NCBI GenBank assembly: GCA_003009755.1
Contig: PXUB01000029.1
Coordinates: forward strand, 13,946 to 77,945
Direction of reading: 5' to 3'
Origin: Thermoplasmatales archaeon SW_10_69_26
Lineage (GTDB): Archaea > Thermoplasmatota > SW-10-69-26
Length of the DNA stretch: 64,000 nucleotides
Positions 56,462 through 64,000 of this stretch are shown piece by piece. The notes under the pieces were generated by a model, which did not search any database, had not been told where the DNA came from, and worked only from the letters and a program-made list of their open reading frames with translations. A program made the translations under genes and the position numbers. Positions within the stretch are counted from its first letter, which is position 1, and each line of letters begins with the position of its first letter.

Positions 56462-56623
56462 CTGTAAGGATAAGAAACGGGGGGGGACCACCAAGTACGC
56501 GAGGGGACGCCAGGGCACAACGGGGAGCAGCTGCCGTGACAAGGCCGCCCGGCGGCGAGTCACAGGCCCGTCGTGGCCTTGGCGATCCTTCGTGTCCTTC
56601 GCGGCCCCTGCTTAACGAGACAG
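56462..56623 (+). mobile_element. MITE-like element, family 1, copy 3
   Basis: CTGTAAGGATAAG...CTTAACGAGACAG; 162 bp. Confidence 0.88.
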
Positions 56624-56699
56624 CCGGCCGGTGGGCAAGAGGGCGCCGGCGCCGCCGCGGCCCCGGTCTTCATATAGGACGGCGCCTGCTGGGCCCGCC

Positions 56700-57950
56700 G
56701 TGCCCGTCGAGCGCACCTGCCACCTGTGCAGCTCCCCGATCCGCGAGGGCGTCGCCTACACGCGGACGGGCGCCTTGGACGAGGGCCATCGTCGCCTGTA
56801 CGTGCACGCCGAGTGCTACTTCGAGCACGTTCCCGAGGATCGGCGAGACGACTACTGGCGCGAGCTGTCCAGCCAGCTCGCCCAGGGCTCCTCCCTCGGC
56901 ACGGGGGCCTCGGTCACCACCCAGTCCAGCGCGCGAGCACGCACCGACGGCGGCTCCGAGCCCAAGCGACCCACGGCGATCGAGGTCGACGGCCTCGCCA
57001 AAACCTACCCGGACGGGACCCAGGCCGTGCGCTCGGTCTCGTTCACCGTGCAAGAGGGGGAGGTGTTCGGCGTACTGGGCCCCAACGGCGCCGGCAAGTC
57101 CACCCTGATCGGCATGCTCGGCACGCTCGTCGAACCAAGCCAGGGCCAAGGCACCGTCGCCGGCGTCGACGTCCGCGAGGATCCCGACCAGCTCAAGCCC
57201 AGGCTCGGGTTCGCGATGCAGGACGTCGGGGTCGACGAGCTGGCCACCGGCCGCGAGTTCCTGCACCTGCAGGGCCGCCTGTACGGCCTCTCCAAGCAGC
57301 AGACCCGCGAACGCAGTGACGAGCTGTTGGCGATCTTCGACCTCGAGGACGCCGCCGACCGCCGCATCGAGAGCTACTCCGGCGGCATGCAACGCCGCGT
57401 GGACCTCGCCGGCGCCTTGATCCACGAACCCGAGATCGTGTTCCTCGACGAGCCGACCGAGGGCCTCGACCCCCGCGGTCGCCGGGAGATGTGGCACCTC
57501 CTCGAGGACCTGAACGAGCGGCTGGGCGCCACGATCCTCCTCAGCACCCACTACATGGAGGAAGCCGACGCCCTGTGCGACCGCCTGGCGATCATGGACG
57601 AGGGCCGCATCGTCGCCCGCGGCCGCCCCGAGGAGCTGAAAGCCACCGTCGGACCCGCCTCGATCCAGCTGCGATGGACGCCCGAGCGCACGCCCGAGGC
57701 TCTCGACGAGGCGCGGGAGCTCATACAGAGTCGAGGCGTCGCCGAGCGGCTGCAACGCTCCGGCGACCAGCTGTACGTCTACGTCCACGACCCGCCGCGA
57801 GCGATCCCGGGCCTGTTGCGCCGGCTCGGGGCCGCCGACCTCGCCCCGGATAGCCTCTCCGTCGAGGAGGCCAGCCTCGACGACGTCTACCTCGCCTACA
57901 CCGGACGCTCGCTCGAGCAGGCCGAGCAAGCCCAGGAGGGGTCGGGGTGA
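56700..57950 (+). CDS. DrrA-type ABC ATP-binding protein with N-terminal CxxC...HxxC domain
   Basis: GPNGAGKS, YSGGM, FLDEPT, STHYM; N-terminal CHLC...HAEC. Confidence 0.9.
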   Translation: MPVERTCHLCSSPIREGVAYTRTGALDEGHRRLYVHAECYFEHVPEDRRDDYWRELSSQLAQGSSLGTGASVTTQSSARARTDGGSEPKRPTAIEVDGLAKTYPDGTQAVRSVSFTVQEGEVFGVLGPNGAGKSTLIGMLGTLVEPSQGQGTVAGVDVREDPDQLKPRLGFAMQDVGVDELATGREFLHLQGRLYGLSKQQTRERSDELLAIFDLEDAADRRIESYSGGMQRRVDLAGALIHEPEIVFLDEPTEGLDPRGRREMWHLLEDLNERLGATILLSTHYMEEADALCDRLAIMDEGRIVARGRPEELKATVGPASIQLRWTPERTPEALDEARELIQSRGVAERLQRSGDQLYVYVHDPPRAIPGLLRRLGAADLAPDSLSVEEASLDDVYLAYTGRSLEQAEQAQEGSG

Positions 57951-58723
57951 GCCAGCTGTGGAAGCCGACCTGGCAGCTCACCCGCCGCGCGCTCGTCCAG
58001 TTCCCGCGCATCCCGACCGTGCTCGTCTTCTCGATGATCCCGCCCCTCGTCCAGTTCCTGCTGTTCGGCTCGATCTTCGGTGACCTGCCCGACCAGCTGG
58101 CGACCTTCCCCACAGACAACTACCACGCCTACCTGGCCCCGGCGATCGTGTTCTTCACCACGATCATCGGTGTCGCCAACGCCGGCATGGCGCTCGTGCG
58201 CGACTTCCGCAACGGCTACTTCCGCAAGCTGTTGCTGGCGCCGATCAACAAGTGGGCGATCCTGTTGGGGCGGCTGCTGGCAGACGGCGTCCGCGTCTAC
58301 GTCCAGGCCGGCTTGATCTTGCTGCTGGCCTTGGCCTTCGACGCCTCCGTCGTCACCGGCGTCGCCGGCGCGCTCGTCATGCTCGCCATCTCGACGCTGT
58401 TCAGCTTGTTCACCGTCGGCGTGCTGGTGGCCAACGTCGGCCTGCGCACGAAGAACGAGGAGGCGGTCCAGTCGATCTTCCCCGTCTTCTTCATCGGCAT
58501 CTTCCTGACGACCGCCTTCCTTCCGAAGGCCAGCATCGGCTCCGACCTCGTCAAGACCTTGATCGATGCCAACCCCGCCGAGTACGTGATCCGGCCGATG
58601 CGCGAGCTGATGCTCGTCGGCTGGGACCCAAGCGGGTTGCTGCTGGCCGCCGGCATCACGGTCGCCTCCGCCGTCGTCGGCGTGGCGATCACGGCGCTGA
58701 ACTTCCAGACCGTGTACGAGTGA
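57947..58723 (+). CDS. ABC-2 type permease
   Basis: About 6 TM helices; D..NGYF.KLL.AP, NP..Y; GTGA overlap. Confidence 0.9.
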   Translation: MSQLWKPTWQLTRRALVQFPRIPTVLVFSMIPPLVQFLLFGSIFGDLPDQLATFPTDNYHAYLAPAIVFFTTIIGVANAGMALVRDFRNGYFRKLLLAPINKWAILLGRLLADGVRVYVQAGLILLLALAFDASVVTGVAGALVMLAISTLFSLFTVGVLVANVGLRTKNEEAVQSIFPVFFIGIFLTTAFLPKASIGSDLVKTLIDANPAEYVIRPMRELMLVGWDPSGLLLAAGITVASAVVGVAITALNFQTVYE

Positions 58724-58734
58724 CCGGGTCGGCC

Positions 58735-59160
58735 TCAGCCCGGGTCCCCGCGGCAGGCGGACCCGGACCACGGCGCCTGAGGGGTCGGTGTCCTCCTCGA
58801 CCTCGCCGCCCAGGCGCGCGACCAGGCGCCCTGCCAGGGACAGGCCGCCGCCCGTGGGCGACCGCTCGCGGTCGTCGAAGACATCCATCCTCCCCTCGTC
58901 CGGCACGCCGGGGCCATCGTCCTCGATCCAGAGGCCGCCCGGCTGTCGGCCTCACCGGTGACCGTCCCAGCGATCGTCCGCGTCTCGTCGAGCAGGTCGA
59001 CCGCTTCCAGCGCGTTGCCCTGCATCACCTGGGCCTGGTCTCGGACCTCCTCCGGCCCAGGCGGGTCCTCACCCGGGTCCGCTTCGAGGAGACCGGCGGT
59101 GCTCGAGACGGCCGCCAGGCGGTTGCGACGGTCGCGAGGGATCACGCTGTCGACCAACGG
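58735..59160 (-). pseudogene. sensor histidine kinase remnant
   Basis: Degenerate H box (PRDRRNRL) frameshifted to IEDDGPGVPD...GGGLSLAGRLVARLGGEV; middle portion missing. Confidence 0.7.
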
Positions 59161-59256
59161 CTCGAGCCAACGCCTCGCGATCGAGGACGACCCCGTTCGG
59201 CCGACAACAGAGGGTCGGCTCGAGCGGCCGCGATGAGGGCGGTCCCCGGGGCCCGG

Positions 59257-61485
59257 TCAGCGCATCCGTCCACCCAGCCGTTCGACGACGGCCTGCTTCA
59301 GCGTGCGGCGGGTCTGCTGGGCGCCGCGCGCCATCAGCACGGTGCCGGAGGCCTGCCCGGCGATCGACTGCGGGATCGAGCCGTACAGCGCTTGCGCGAC
59401 GAGGTTGCGGCCGGTCACGCCCACGCACACGGTGTCGACGTCTGCGACGGCGTCCAGCAGCGTGCCGGAGACGTCCTCGGCCACGCGCACGTCGGCCTCG
59501 TACTCGTCCTCGCCGATCGCGGCCACCTCGGCCACGTCCTCGATGATCGCTCGCCCGTCGGCCTCGGGGTCGTCATCGTCGTCCTCGGTCGCCGGTTGCA
59601 CGTTCAGCAACCGCAGCGGGGCGTCGAACGAGCGAGCCAGCTGGACGGCGTGGCGGGCCGCGGCCGGAGCGTTGTCGCCGCGCCCGGCCAGGGCCACGAT
59701 CTCGTCGACGTCGCGCGGGTTGCGGACCAGCGTCACCTCGCAGGGCGCCCGCTCGAGGATCGGGTCCACGGTCGTGCCGAACACGACGTCGCGCCGTCGC
59801 CGCGGCGTCCAGCCCAGCATGACCTGGTCGGCGTCCTCGTCCTCGATGACGTCGAGCAGCGCCTCCGGCGCCGAGCGGCCGATCAGGGCCCGCGTGCGGA
59901 CCGGGATGTCCAACCGCTCGCCGGCCTCGCGCGCCCGCTCGAGCAGGTGCTGTTGCAGCTGGACGCGCTTCTCCTCGGCCTCGGCCTCTTGCGTCAAGGA
60001 GGTCTGCGGGGGGACCTCTTGAACGTTGACGGCCACGACCTCGGCCTCCTGCCCGGTGCCGGCCGAGCTGGCCGCGGCGACGCGCAGCAGCATGTCCTCG
60101 GTGGCTGGGTTCGCGACCGGGACGACGACCGTGTAGCGGTCGGTGGCCTCCTCGCCCTCGCGGGCCTCGGGCGCGATCGCCTCGCCCAGCAGGCTGTCCA
60201 CCTCGGCCCGGTCGCGGGCGTAGAAGACGTACCATGCGACCCCGATCGCGACGATGCCGGCGCCGGTCAGCTGGACGACCAACCGCATCTGCACGATCAC
60301 GCCGATGCAGGCCAGGAAGCCCAGGGCCGGAACGATCGGGTACAACAGCGAGGGGATCGCGAAATCCGGCTCGTAGTTCTCGGGCCCGGCCTCGCGGAGC
60401 ACGATGACGCTGACGTGCACCAGCGCGTACGTGACGAGGTACATGAACGCGGCCACGTCCGCCAGCGTGCTGATCGGGACGGGGCCGGCGATGAGGATCA
60501 AGATCACGACGCCGGTCGTCATGATCGCTCGGTAGGGGGTGCGGAAGGTGTCGTGGATGCGGTTCAGCCAGTCGGCCAGGATCTTGTCCCGGCCCATGGC
60601 GAAGTTCACGCGGGCCGCGGAGAGGATCGAAGCGTTGGCAGAGGACACCGTGGCGAGAACGGCGCCGACGATCATCGCCAGCGACCCGGCGTCACCGAGG
60701 AACTGGCGGGCGACGTCGGCGACCGGGATCTCGGAGGCTTCCAGCGCGTCGACCGGCAGGATGCCCGTCGAGACGAGCATGACGAGCACGTACAGCAGCG
60801 TCGGCGTCACGACGGCCGCGATCATCGACAGCGGCAGGTTGCGAGCCGGGTCCTCGATCTCCTCGGCCGAGGTGGCGATCACCTCGAACCCAATGAAGCT
60901 CACGAACACGGTCCCGGCCGTCAAGCCGACGGCGCTCCAGCCGTGGGGGTTGAACGGCGTCAACAGCGAGGTGTCGAGGATCGATAGCCCGAACGCGATG
61001 AAGCCCACGATCATCACGACGAGCAGGATGACGATCACGTTCTGCAAGGAGCCGGTCTCCTTGACGCCGCGGTAGTTCACGATCGTCAACAGGGCCGCCA
61101 TCGCCAACGCCGACCCGATCACGGGCAACACGGGGCTGAGCCCGGCCAGGTACTGGCCGAAGCCCAACATGTAGAACGCTGTGGCGAACATGAGCCCGCC
61201 CCACATCCCCCAGCCGACGATCGACCCGGCCAAGCCGCCCAGGGCCTGGTTCACGTAGTAGTAGCTGCCGCCGGCCTTCGGCATGCCGGTCGCAAGCTCG
61301 GAGAGGGACAACGCGGCCAGCAGGGCCACGACCCCGCCCAGCGCGAAGGAGACCATGCTGGCGGGTCCGGCCTGGCCGGCCACGATGCCGGGCAGGACGA
61401 AGATCCCCGCCCCGATCATGGTGCCGAGACCGAGCGTGTAGGCTTCCAGGAAGCCGAGGTCGCGTGCGAGCTCGGGTTCGCTCAT
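59257..61485 (-). CDS. APC amino acid permease fused to two USP domains
   Basis: GTMIGAGIF, ELAT.MPKAGG, FIGFE, 12 TM; VVVPVANP, USP repeats. Confidence 0.92.
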   Translation of the reverse strand: MSEPELARDLGFLEAYTLGLGTMIGAGIFVLPGIVAGQAGPASMVSFALGGVVALLAALSLSELATGMPKAGGSYYYVNQALGGLAGSIVGWGMWGGLMFATAFYMLGFGQYLAGLSPVLPVIGSALAMAALLTIVNYRGVKETGSLQNVIVILLVVMIVGFIAFGLSILDTSLLTPFNPHGWSAVGLTAGTVFVSFIGFEVIATSAEEIEDPARNLPLSMIAAVVTPTLLYVLVMLVSTGILPVDALEASEIPVADVARQFLGDAGSLAMIVGAVLATVSSANASILSAARVNFAMGRDKILADWLNRIHDTFRTPYRAIMTTGVVILILIAGPVPISTLADVAAFMYLVTYALVHVSVIVLREAGPENYEPDFAIPSLLYPIVPALGFLACIGVIVQMRLVVQLTGAGIVAIGVAWYVFYARDRAEVDSLLGEAIAPEAREGEEATDRYTVVVPVANPATEDMLLRVAAASSAGTGQEAEVVAVNVQEVPPQTSLTQEAEAEEKRVQLQQHLLERAREAGERLDIPVRTRALIGRSAPEALLDVIEDEDADQVMLGWTPRRRRDVVFGTTVDPILERAPCEVTLVRNPRDVDEIVALAGRGDNAPAAARHAVQLARSFDAPLRLLNVQPATEDDDDDPEADGRAIIEDVAEVAAIGEDEYEADVRVAEDVSGTLLDAVADVDTVCVGVTGRNLVAQALYGSIPQSIAGQASGTVLMARGAQQTRRTLKQAVVERLGGRMR

Positions 61486-61632
61486 CGTGCATCCCACCGA
61501 CCGCGCGGTCGAGGCCCGCTCGGGCGGGGAACGAGCGACGCCACGTCGGCCAAGGGATAAGTTCGTTGGCACCGCGAGGCCTTACCTCGAGGGGGACAGC
61601 CTTCATCGGGGACGGCGCCGCTGACGGCCACG

Positions 61633-62061
61633 ATGACGGCGAGCTTGCTCGAGCGCGTGCTGGTGCCCGTGGCCAACGAGGAGGACACCGAAGCCACGTG
61701 CGCGGCGATCGAGCCCTACCTCGACGAGATCGGCGAGATCGTGCTGGTGCACGTCGTCGAGCAGACGCCCGGCTACATGGACCACGGTTCGCCGGAGGCC
61801 CTCGCCGAGGACGCCCAGCGGTTCCTCGCGATGGCCCGACGCGAGCTCAGCGAGGACACCGTCGTCCGCGCCGAGGTGCGCTACGGAGACGACGTGGCTG
61901 CCGAGATCGCCGACGAGGCTGACGAGGTCGAGGCGACCGCGATCGTGTTCCATCCGCGGGACAAGGGCCTGCTGGCTCAGCTCGTCGACGGCGACCACGA
62001 GGGCCAGCTGATCCGCGCCGGCCCGGTGCCCGTGATCGCGCTCACTCGGTCGGCCCGCTGA
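61633..62061 (+). CDS. universal stress protein
   Basis: RVLVPVA, VHVVE, PVPVIAL. Confidence 0.88.
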   Translation: MTASLLERVLVPVANEEDTEATCAAIEPYLDEIGEIVLVHVVEQTPGYMDHGSPEALAEDAQRFLAMARRELSEDTVVRAEVRYGDDVAAEIADEADEVEATAIVFHPRDKGLLAQLVDGDHEGQLIRAGPVPVIALTRSAR

Positions 62062-62066
62062 CCTGG

Positions 62067-62819
62067 CTACCCTCGCAGGTAGCTTGCTCCGTTCACGTCG
62101 AGCACGGCGCCGGTCGTGAACGGGCACTCCTCGCTGGCGAGGAACGCGACCGCGGCCGCGATCTCCTCGGGGCGTGCGACCCGATCCATCGGGCTCTGGG
62201 CCCGGATCGCGTCCCCTTGCTCGCCCTCGAGCACCTGCTCGACCATCGGCGTCCTCACGAACCCGGGGGCCACCGCCGCCACGCGGATGCCCTGCTCGCC
62301 CAGCTTCCTGGCCAACGATCCCGTCAGCGAGCTCAGGCCGGCCTTGCTGGCGCCGTAGGCGGGCGCGTCGGGTTCGCCGCGGTAGGCGCCCCGCGAGGAG
62401 ACGTTGACGATGGCGCCTTGGCCGTCGGCGAGCTCGTCCTGGGCCAGGAACGACAGGTGGGCCGGCGCCGCCAGGTTCAACGCCAGCGTGCGCTCGAAGT
62501 CCTCCCGCCACCGCGCGTAGGACACCTCGTCGGGCGGATGCTCGACGAAGCGGCCGGCGTTGTTGACGAGGACCTCGAGCCCGCCCCATCGAGTCTGGAC
62601 GCGATCGATCAGCTCCTCGGGGCCGGTCTCCTGCATCACGTCGACGTGGAGCACCTCGTGCTCGCCGGGCAGCTCGTCGGCCAGCTCGTCGGCTTCCTCG
62701 GCTCGGCTGTACGTGTGCAGGCCCACGCGGGCGCCTTCCTCGGCCAGCCGGCGGGCGATCGCTTCCCCGATCCCGCCGGTGGCTCCCGTCACCAAAGCTC
62801 GCTGCTCCTCGAAGCGCAT
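62067..62819 (-). CDS. SDR family oxidoreductase
   Basis: TGATGGIG, NNAG, YGASK, VAPGFVRT. Confidence 0.92.
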   Translation of the reverse strand: MRFEEQRALVTGATGGIGEAIARRLAEEGARVGLHTYSRAEEADELADELPGEHEVLHVDVMQETGPEELIDRVQTRWGGLEVLVNNAGRFVEHPPDEVSYARWREDFERTLALNLAAPAHLSFLAQDELADGQGAIVNVSSRGAYRGEPDAPAYGASKAGLSSLTGSLARKLGEQGIRVAAVAPGFVRTPMVEQVLEGEQGDAIRAQSPMDRVARPEEIAAAVAFLASEECPFTTGAVLDVNGASYLRG

Positions 62820-62924
62820 CGCGCCGGGCAAGCAGGGCCCCGGTTAAGGCCCCATCGACGCCGGCTTCGGTGGCGGCCGAACGCATCCGGGGTTTACATG
62901 GTGCTCGGCGGGTACGTGGGCGCG

Positions 62925-63890
62925 ATGCGGAACCACCACGTGCTGCTCGCGGCCGCGTTGCTCCTCGTCCCGCTGGCCGGCTGCATCGACGGAGCCCAGG
63001 GCGCTCCCGAGGGGGCGGTCGCGTTCGAGACGATCGACCGAGGCCCAAACTCGGGCATCGAGGAGGAGCGCACCGTCGTCGTCCGCGACCAGGCGGCCTT
63101 CGAGGACCTGTGGGCCGAGCACCAGGCCAACCGGTCCGGCGAGCCCGACGTCCCGAGCGTCGACTTCGACGAGCAGGTCGTCGCGGCGATCTTCAAGGGC
63201 GAGAGCCCCGACGGTTGCCACGGCGCCCAGATCGAGAACGTGACCGGGGACGGGGACCAGATCACCGTGTCGGGCGCCTTCTTCGAGGTCACCGACGCCT
63301 ACTGCACCCAGCAGATCACGCACCCGTTCCACATCGTCGCCTTCGACCGGTACGACGCCGAGACCACGTTCGCCATCCGAGAAGAGACCCGCCAGCAGGG
63401 CAACGGCACCGATGGCGACAACGGCACCGACGAGGGGGCCGCCGACCAGGGCAGCTACACGTGCCGCGAGCCCGGCCCAACGGACGCCTCGACGACCGGC
63501 GCCAACGTGACGTTCGCGACGATCGAGGGGGGCGAGCAGTCCGGCATCGAGCAGCCCTGCGTCACGGTCGCCCGCAACGAGACCGCCTGGCGGGACCTCT
63601 GGCGCGACCACTACCCGACCTCGACGGCCGACGACGAACGCCCCGAGGTCGACTTCGACGAGAGCATCGTTGCGGCGATCTTCAAGGGTGAAAGCCCCGA
63701 CGCCTGCCACGGCGCCGAGATCGAGGAGGTCACCCCCGAGGGCCAGGACCTCGTCGTCCACGGCGTCTTCTACGTCGTCGAGGACCAGGCCTGCGCCGAG
63801 GTCGTCACCTACCCGTACCACATCGTCGAGCTCGAGCGCCCCGAGGGCGGTCTCGTTTTCGACGTCCGCGAGGAGACGCGCCAAGGCTAG
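62925..63890 (+). CDS. lipoprotein with two tandem PrcB-C-like domains
   Basis: Lipobox LAGC; two repeats P.VDFDE..VAAIFKGESPD.CHGA.IE.V...C....T.P.HIV. Confidence 0.8.
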   Translation: MRNHHVLLAAALLLVPLAGCIDGAQGAPEGAVAFETIDRGPNSGIEEERTVVVRDQAAFEDLWAEHQANRSGEPDVPSVDFDEQVVAAIFKGESPDGCHGAQIENVTGDGDQITVSGAFFEVTDAYCTQQITHPFHIVAFDRYDAETTFAIREETRQQGNGTDGDNGTDEGAADQGSYTCREPGPTDASTTGANVTFATIEGGEQSGIEQPCVTVARNETAWRDLWRDHYPTSTADDERPEVDFDESIVAAIFKGESPDACHGAEIEEVTPEGQDLVVHGVFYVVEDQACAEVVTYPYHIVELERPEGGLVFDVREETRQG

Positions 63891-64000
63891 ACTGCCGGCT
63901 GTGCTTGGGTTAGGCTCTCGCCGCCCTCAGGCGGTGAAAGCGCGGAGCCGAGACGAAGGTTCGCCCGGATCGAAGATCCGGACTCTCGCGAGGATCCGCC
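63890..64000 (+). mobile_element. family 3 element (truncated by window end) running into family 2 motifs
   Basis: TAGACTGCCGG start shared with 50057; then CGGATCGAAGATCCG and CGCGAGGATCC as in 33002-33346. Confidence 0.7.

Overview
A GC-rich archaeal chromosome segment with an acidic proteome. The gene set (L44e-S27e-aIF2alpha-Nop10-PAC2, priS-gins, rqcH-pelota, class I CCA enzyme, Nep1, ThyX, EMC6-like protein) fits a halophilic archaeon, probably Thermoplasmatota-like; this assignment is an inference. About 60 CDSs are mostly housekeeping, with one intact tRNA-Leu(TAA), several secreted/lipoproteins and at least six decayed gene remnants. No transposase, integrase or CRISPR array is present. 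The most unusual signal is non-coding. A 60-75 bp two-hairpin module (TCnnnAG-stem...CTnnnGA, 2 nt, GnnCG-stem...CGnnC, GGA/GAA/AGA) keeps its structure and edges while its stems diverge. It forms tandem arrays, is inserted precisely into the variable-arm loop and T-loop of duplicated tRNA-Leu copies, and distinguishes a filled from an empty copy of another repeat. Three MITE-like families co-occur: one splits a lipoprotein signal peptide and one begins at TAG stop codons. A stand-alone three-gene DndD/CxC-type SMC-like ATPase operon and a tandem pair of small basic coiled-coil paralogs are the best protein-level candidates for undescribed systems. All family assignments come from motif recognition, not database searches.
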